A DNA stretch of 64,000 nucleotides from positions 47,988,001 through 48,052,000 of the forward strand of contig NC_090335.1 in the NCBI RefSeq assembly GCF_035084215.1, in the 5' to 3' direction. The translations under genes and the position numbers were made by a program. This stretch comes from Heptranchias perlo. Its lineage: Eukaryota. Shown piece by piece: positions 62,720 through 64,000 of the stretch; position 1 is the stretch's first letter, and every line of letters starts with the position of its first letter. The notes beneath the pieces are model-generated. The model had not been told where the DNA came from and made no database searches. It saw only the letters and a program-made list of their open reading frames with translations.

Positions 62720-63104
62720 TGTGCTACACTAATGTCACGCTACACGTAACCCCACCAGCGAAAAAAAGTTATCTGTTTTTAATACAATGGGTCATTCTCT
62801 GTCTTTCTCTTCCTTTCGGATGTTTCTCTCTATCTCTCGGTCTGTCTTTTGTTCTGGCCGTTTGTGTATTCGGTGGTCCTGTAGGTAACATCTCTCTGTC
62901 TGAACACTTTGATTGCCTTGACAACGGGCAGTTGGAAAGATTATCTGTAATCACCAGGTATTGTTCTCTGACTATAAATGCGGTAACCTTCCATGGAATC
63001 CGAATCCCACACTCACCTGACGAAGGAGAAAGCCTCCGAAAGCTTGTGATTTTCAAATAAAACAGTTGGACTATAATCTGGCGTTGTAAGATTCCTTACA
63101 TTAA
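62720..63104 (+). mobile_element. Penelope pLTR fragment nested in CR1 ORF1
   Basis: Homologous to 35070-35455; TSD tccttaaaat at 62710-62719 and 63105-63114. Confidence 0.85.
63013..63049 (+). ncRNA. Minimal hammerhead ribozyme (Penelope pLTR)
   Basis: tcac-CUGACGA-aggag.aaagc.ctcc-GAAA-gc-UU-gtga, with a Watson-Crick stem I (tcac/gtga). Confidence 0.8.
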
Positions 63105-64000
63105 TCCTTAAAATCGGCCTGCAGGACCTCATTCCTCTTTCTACCTATGTCGTTGGTACTGATATGGACCACAACCTCTGGCTGCTCACCCTCCCCCTTC
63201 AGCATGTTCTGCAGCCGCTCAGTGACATCCTTGACCCTGGCACCAGGGAGGCAAAATACCATCCTGGAATCACGTCTGCGGCCGCAGAAACGCCTGTCTG
63301 TTCCCCTAACTATAGAATCCCTTATCACTATTGCTCTCCTGAGCTTTCTCCTCCCCCCGTACAGCCGAGCCACCCAAGGTGCTGTGGACTTGGCTCTGGC
63401 TGCACCCCTTGGAGCAACCATCGCCCTCTAACCAGTATTCAGAACTGAATACTGGTTAGAGAGCGAGGTGCCCTCAGGGGACTCCTGCACTACCTGCCTG
63501 CTCCTCCTTGCTTGTCTGGCGGTCACCCAGTCCCTCTCGACCAGCACGCTCTTAAGCTGTGGGTTAATCACCTTCTGAAATGTGCTATCCACGAAACTCT
63601 CAGCCTCGTGGATGCACTGCAGTGACGCCAGCTGTTGCTCAAGCTCCAAAACCATGAGCTCCTCCAGCTGACGACACTTCCTGCACCTGTGGCCGTCCAG
63701 GACATGGGAAGCATCCTGGAGTTCCCACATGGCACAGGATGTGCACTCGACGAGACGGAGGTGCCCTGCCACGCCTCGATTTATTAGATTAACTAACTTA
63801 CCAGAAATAAACTAACTACTTAGAAAAAACCATTCACCAGCTACTCACCAATCAGCTCCTTCCCTTGTGCTGACATCAGTTTAGGTGTTTTCTTTGTTTT
63901 TGTTTTGTATGCCTCTCACCGCTGCCCTCCAATCTCCGCTCTGCGCTCTATGCTCTCTGCTGCTCTCTGCTCTCCACTCTTGCCGCCGTCTTCCGTTCTC

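Larger units (their letters stand above)
59410..63990 (-). mobile_element. Near full-length CR1 LINE (degenerate): ORF1 zinc finger and SGNH esterase; ORF2 APE endonuclease and RT
   Basis: ORF1: CTSCAMWE..CRKCRQLEEL, IVIRDSIVRGTD, VVVHISTNDI, DGLHLNRAG. EN: YFNARSIVNK, AITETWL, VGDFN, SDHN. RT: KSPGPD, NYRPVSLTS, MDFSKAFD, KFADD. 3' end ttctatgattctatg. Multiple frameshifts. Confidence 0.92.

Noticed and set aside
62158-63060. 300-aa + strand ORF
   Set aside because: Antisense shadow of CR1 ORF1/ORF2 running into a Penelope insert; no recognisable domain

Overview
AT-rich vertebrate genomic DNA. The repeat content (CR1 and L2 LINEs, Deu-domain SINEs, Penelope-like elements, Harbinger transposons) points to a cartilaginous fish, probably a shark. 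Bases ~3.5-40 kb (+) hold 22 GT-AG coding exons of TTF2 (transcription termination factor 2, SNF2 ATPase); the first exon lies upstream of the window. Convergent to it on the minus strand are two recent tandem copies of a non-rearranging, antigen-receptor-like IgSF gene: leader, a germline-joined VJ-type V exon, a C1-set exon and a short Cys-containing tail, with no intact transmembrane exon visible. The duplication junction is resolvable at 54433/54434 and fuses copy B to a CR1 LINE. Other highlights: (1) a very young, apparently perfect 1.3-kb Penelope palindrome in a TTF2 intron, with mirror-image minimal hammerhead ribozymes and a 12-bp TSD; (2) further hammerhead-bearing repeats; (3) two different Harbinger elements inserted at exactly mirror-image sites in the arms of a foldback element; (4) a near full-length CR1 LINE with nested insertions. 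All coordinates were read by eye, so repeat boundaries are approximate.
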